The translations under genes and the position numbers were made by a program. DNA of 63,957 nucleotides, the filler included, from Folioceros fuciformis (lineage: Eukaryota), in the NCBI GenBank assembly GCA_049999805.1. It is 13 parts of 13 records of this genome, joined end to end, with 100 filler letters (N's around TTAATTAATTAA, not from the genome) between each part and the next. Parts side by side here need not be neighbours in the genome. Positions count along the whole stretch, not along the records: positions 61,734 to 63,957 come from JBNGIO010002347.1; 12 more parts are not named here. The stretch is one strand, 5' to 3'. Positions 61,734 to 63,957 of this stretch are shown here, in pieces. The notes below the pieces were generated by a model, which made no database searches, had not been told where the DNA came from, and worked only from the letters and a program-made list of their open reading frames with translations. Numbering within the stretch: the first letter of the stretch is position 1; each line of letters opens with the position of its first letter.

Positions 61734-61880
61734 CTGCCCGAGTGCGCCGGTCTACCAGCGCACTGGAGCCCATGCCAGCTGCCCGAGTGCGCCGGTCTAC
61801 CAGCGCACTGGAGCGCGAACCGGTGGTAGTGCGCCGGTCTACCGGCGCACTCGAGCCCGAGCTGGCAGGAGTGCACCCAT
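61734..61880. repeat. Array of palindromic 24-mers
   Basis: AGTGCGCCGGTCTACC(A/G)GCGCACT at 61741, 61786 and 61828. Confidence 0.85.
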
Positions 61881-61949
61881 AGACTGAAAATACAAAATCC
61901 GGTATATTGTATACACCGGTATATTGTACAACTGAATATACAAAATCCC

Positions 61950-63957
61950 TGTAGGGTTATTATGGGAAAAATATTACCACACAAACCCTCTTTGTCGTTA
62001 TAGCACTGGGATTCGATCCCAAGGGAATGATTTGTGTCAAATAACACAGGTTTCTTCTAAAAGTCAGTTACTACCTAGGTTGAACTTCAACTACCCCAGC
62101 TCCACTACCTACAAGTTCAACTACCCCTACCTCTATTCCTGGACTACCTGACCAACCTACTCGGCTACTGGGGTGGGGGTCTCTACAACTACCGACCCTT
62201 CAACTACTGAGGTAGGGGCTCAACTACCGGTCGCCGCTTCGGCTACCTCTGTGGTGGGTCCCACCCCAAACCCTAACTAATTATTTCCGACGCAGGCGTC
62301 GCCGCGGGTTTCCACCCACGGGTTTCTGCCCTAGACCTTCCAGACTCACAGAGCTGGGTTATTCCATGCTCCCCACACATGCAAGGGCTGATCCTTGGGG
62401 AACAAAGCCTTGCGGATCAGCCACACCTCCCCACACACTCATGCAGCCCTCCACACACATACAAAACACACACAAGAGCTCTGGATCACAATTATTCTCA
62501 CATGCCTGCCCCCAAGGGCTTCAACCTTCAACAATGCCCACCAATCTCCAGCGAATCCTTCACAACTCCTCACAATCCGTCACAATCTCTCATGGGTTTC
62601 CACAGGCTTCCATAGCCGCTCACAAACACCTCGAAATCTCGCAGCAACTCTCCAGATTTCGTATCCAATCTTCAACATTCTTCCTCCATTCTCCAGTAAT
62701 CTTCTCAGCCGTTTTCTCCAGCTCTCCAGCAATCTTACAGCAACATTAGTAGCCTTCCACAATCCTCCACAAACATCCAGGGATTCCTAAGAAATTCCCT
62801 AGCAATCTCGTCCAAACCTCAGCAAACAATCACCCAGCAATTTCTCAACGATTTCTCAGCAAATCTCCTCCAGCAATCTTCCACGGTTCTCTTCAATCTT
62901 CCAGCTCTCTCTCCTCACCAGATTCAGCATGCAGCTAATGGTTCAGGGAATAAGGGAAGGAGGAAATCTCCCTCCACTCCAGCAGCGGTGGATTCGTTCC
63001 CCTCTTCTCAGCTATAGATAAAAATCAGTCCTCACTCTCTTCTCCTCAACTCACTCCAGCTCCTCAGCCTCCTTCTAATCCTCTTCTTACTCACTCTTCT
63101 CACACATTCTCCAACACTTCTTCTCCACACACTCTCTTCTCTCACACACTCCTTCTCCTTCTCAACTCACACTCTCTTCAACTCCAGATTAAAAATGCAG
63201 TCAACTAGCCCAGGGAATAAGGGAAGGAGAAGCTCTCCCTCCACTCCAGCAACAATGGATTCGTCCCCCTCACTTTCCACTGCAAAACACAACTGGTCGT
63301 TCAGGGAATAAGGGAAGGAGGTGCTCCTTCCACTCCAGCAATGGTGGATTCGTCCCCCTCACTTTCAGCTGTGGAGCAAAAATCCTCAACTACCCCTAGG
63401 AGCATCTTGCACTCACTGCCTCACCCAGACCTCTCTAGTCTCGCCATGGACAGTGCAGGGGATCTCAACCAGGAGGAGTCTCAAACATTTGCTAACCAGA
63501 GAGGCACTAACAGGCCTCTTTTGTACAGAGTTTCCAAGAGCGGGAGCCACAACCCGTCATTAAGTCTAGCTCTAAAATAGTCAACTTTAAACAAAAGTGC
63601 TATTAATGGTAGGCGGCACCAGGTTAGAATAGCATCTTACCAAACCTTATCTAAATACTATTTTCAAATGCAACCACTCTTGGCTTACCTCAACGCCACT
63701 CTCTCTCCTCCTATTTATTCTTCTGGCCCACCTTCCCTTGCCACATAAAATCTTCAGGCTCTCCCTCCTTGCTGCTAATTGGGCAAATCCTTCCTCACTC
63801 CTGCTGCTGGCTAACCCATCCTGGCTGTCCACTTTCTCTCCTCCCAGGATGTTGGTTGCCTCCTGTCACTCTGGCTGCAATTATTGCTATTCCATGCCTC
63901 TTGGTGCAGATAGGGGTTTCAGTAACCGTCGTCTCCCTTTCTCTTATACACATCAAA
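61950..63957. repeat. CT-rich dispersed repeat (putative long LTR, probably minus orientation) with an internal ~70-bp motif repeated three times
   Basis: Homologous to 52313-53973. CAGGGAATAAGGGAAGGAG..CCACTCCAGC..GGATTCGT at ~62944, ~63210 and ~63302. TATA-like AATAAATAGGAGG on the minus strand at ~63707-63719. Confidence 0.75.

Noticed and set aside
61741..61851. Palindromic repeat-spacer pattern as a CRISPR array
   Set aside because: Only three units, with short (18-21 nt) spacers that are partly similar to each other, and no cas genes or leader.

Overview
This is a eukaryotic land-plant nuclear sequence, not a prokaryotic locus. It consists of 13 unrelated contigs joined by 12 artificial 100-bp linkers (N44-TTAATTAATTAA-N44), so adjacency across linkers has no biological meaning. 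Short GT-AG introns (~70-110 nt), GC-rich exons, a PLS-type PPR relic and a cilia-type EF-hand gene suggest a seed-free plant with flagellated sperm (bryophyte or lycophyte, possibly a hornwort; this is inference). The 21.8-kb contig (11493-33295) holds a dense gene cluster: EGY3, PrimPol, an intronless and apparently catalytically dead EGY/M50-like protein, a BPI/LBP protein with a duplicated 3' end, GDP-L-fucose synthase and the 3' part of ELF5/WBP11. Other contigs carry a CAAX/CPBP protease gene, a Stig1-like secreted Cys-rich gene, an EF-hand gene fragment, an SR-related gene with a decayed RRM, and DDX56 and PPR relics. There are also many decayed transposons (Copia, Gypsy, L1-like LINE, PIF/Harbinger, pogo/Tigger, a CACTA end, LTRs). 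I cannot demonstrate a new multi-gene system. The best candidates for follow-up are (i) a tRNA-Met-primed retroelement with unassigned ORFs on both sides of its TATA/PBS region (pararetrovirus-like layout) and (ii) the 730-aa EGY-like pseudoprotease. All family calls come from motif recognition by eye; no database searches were run.
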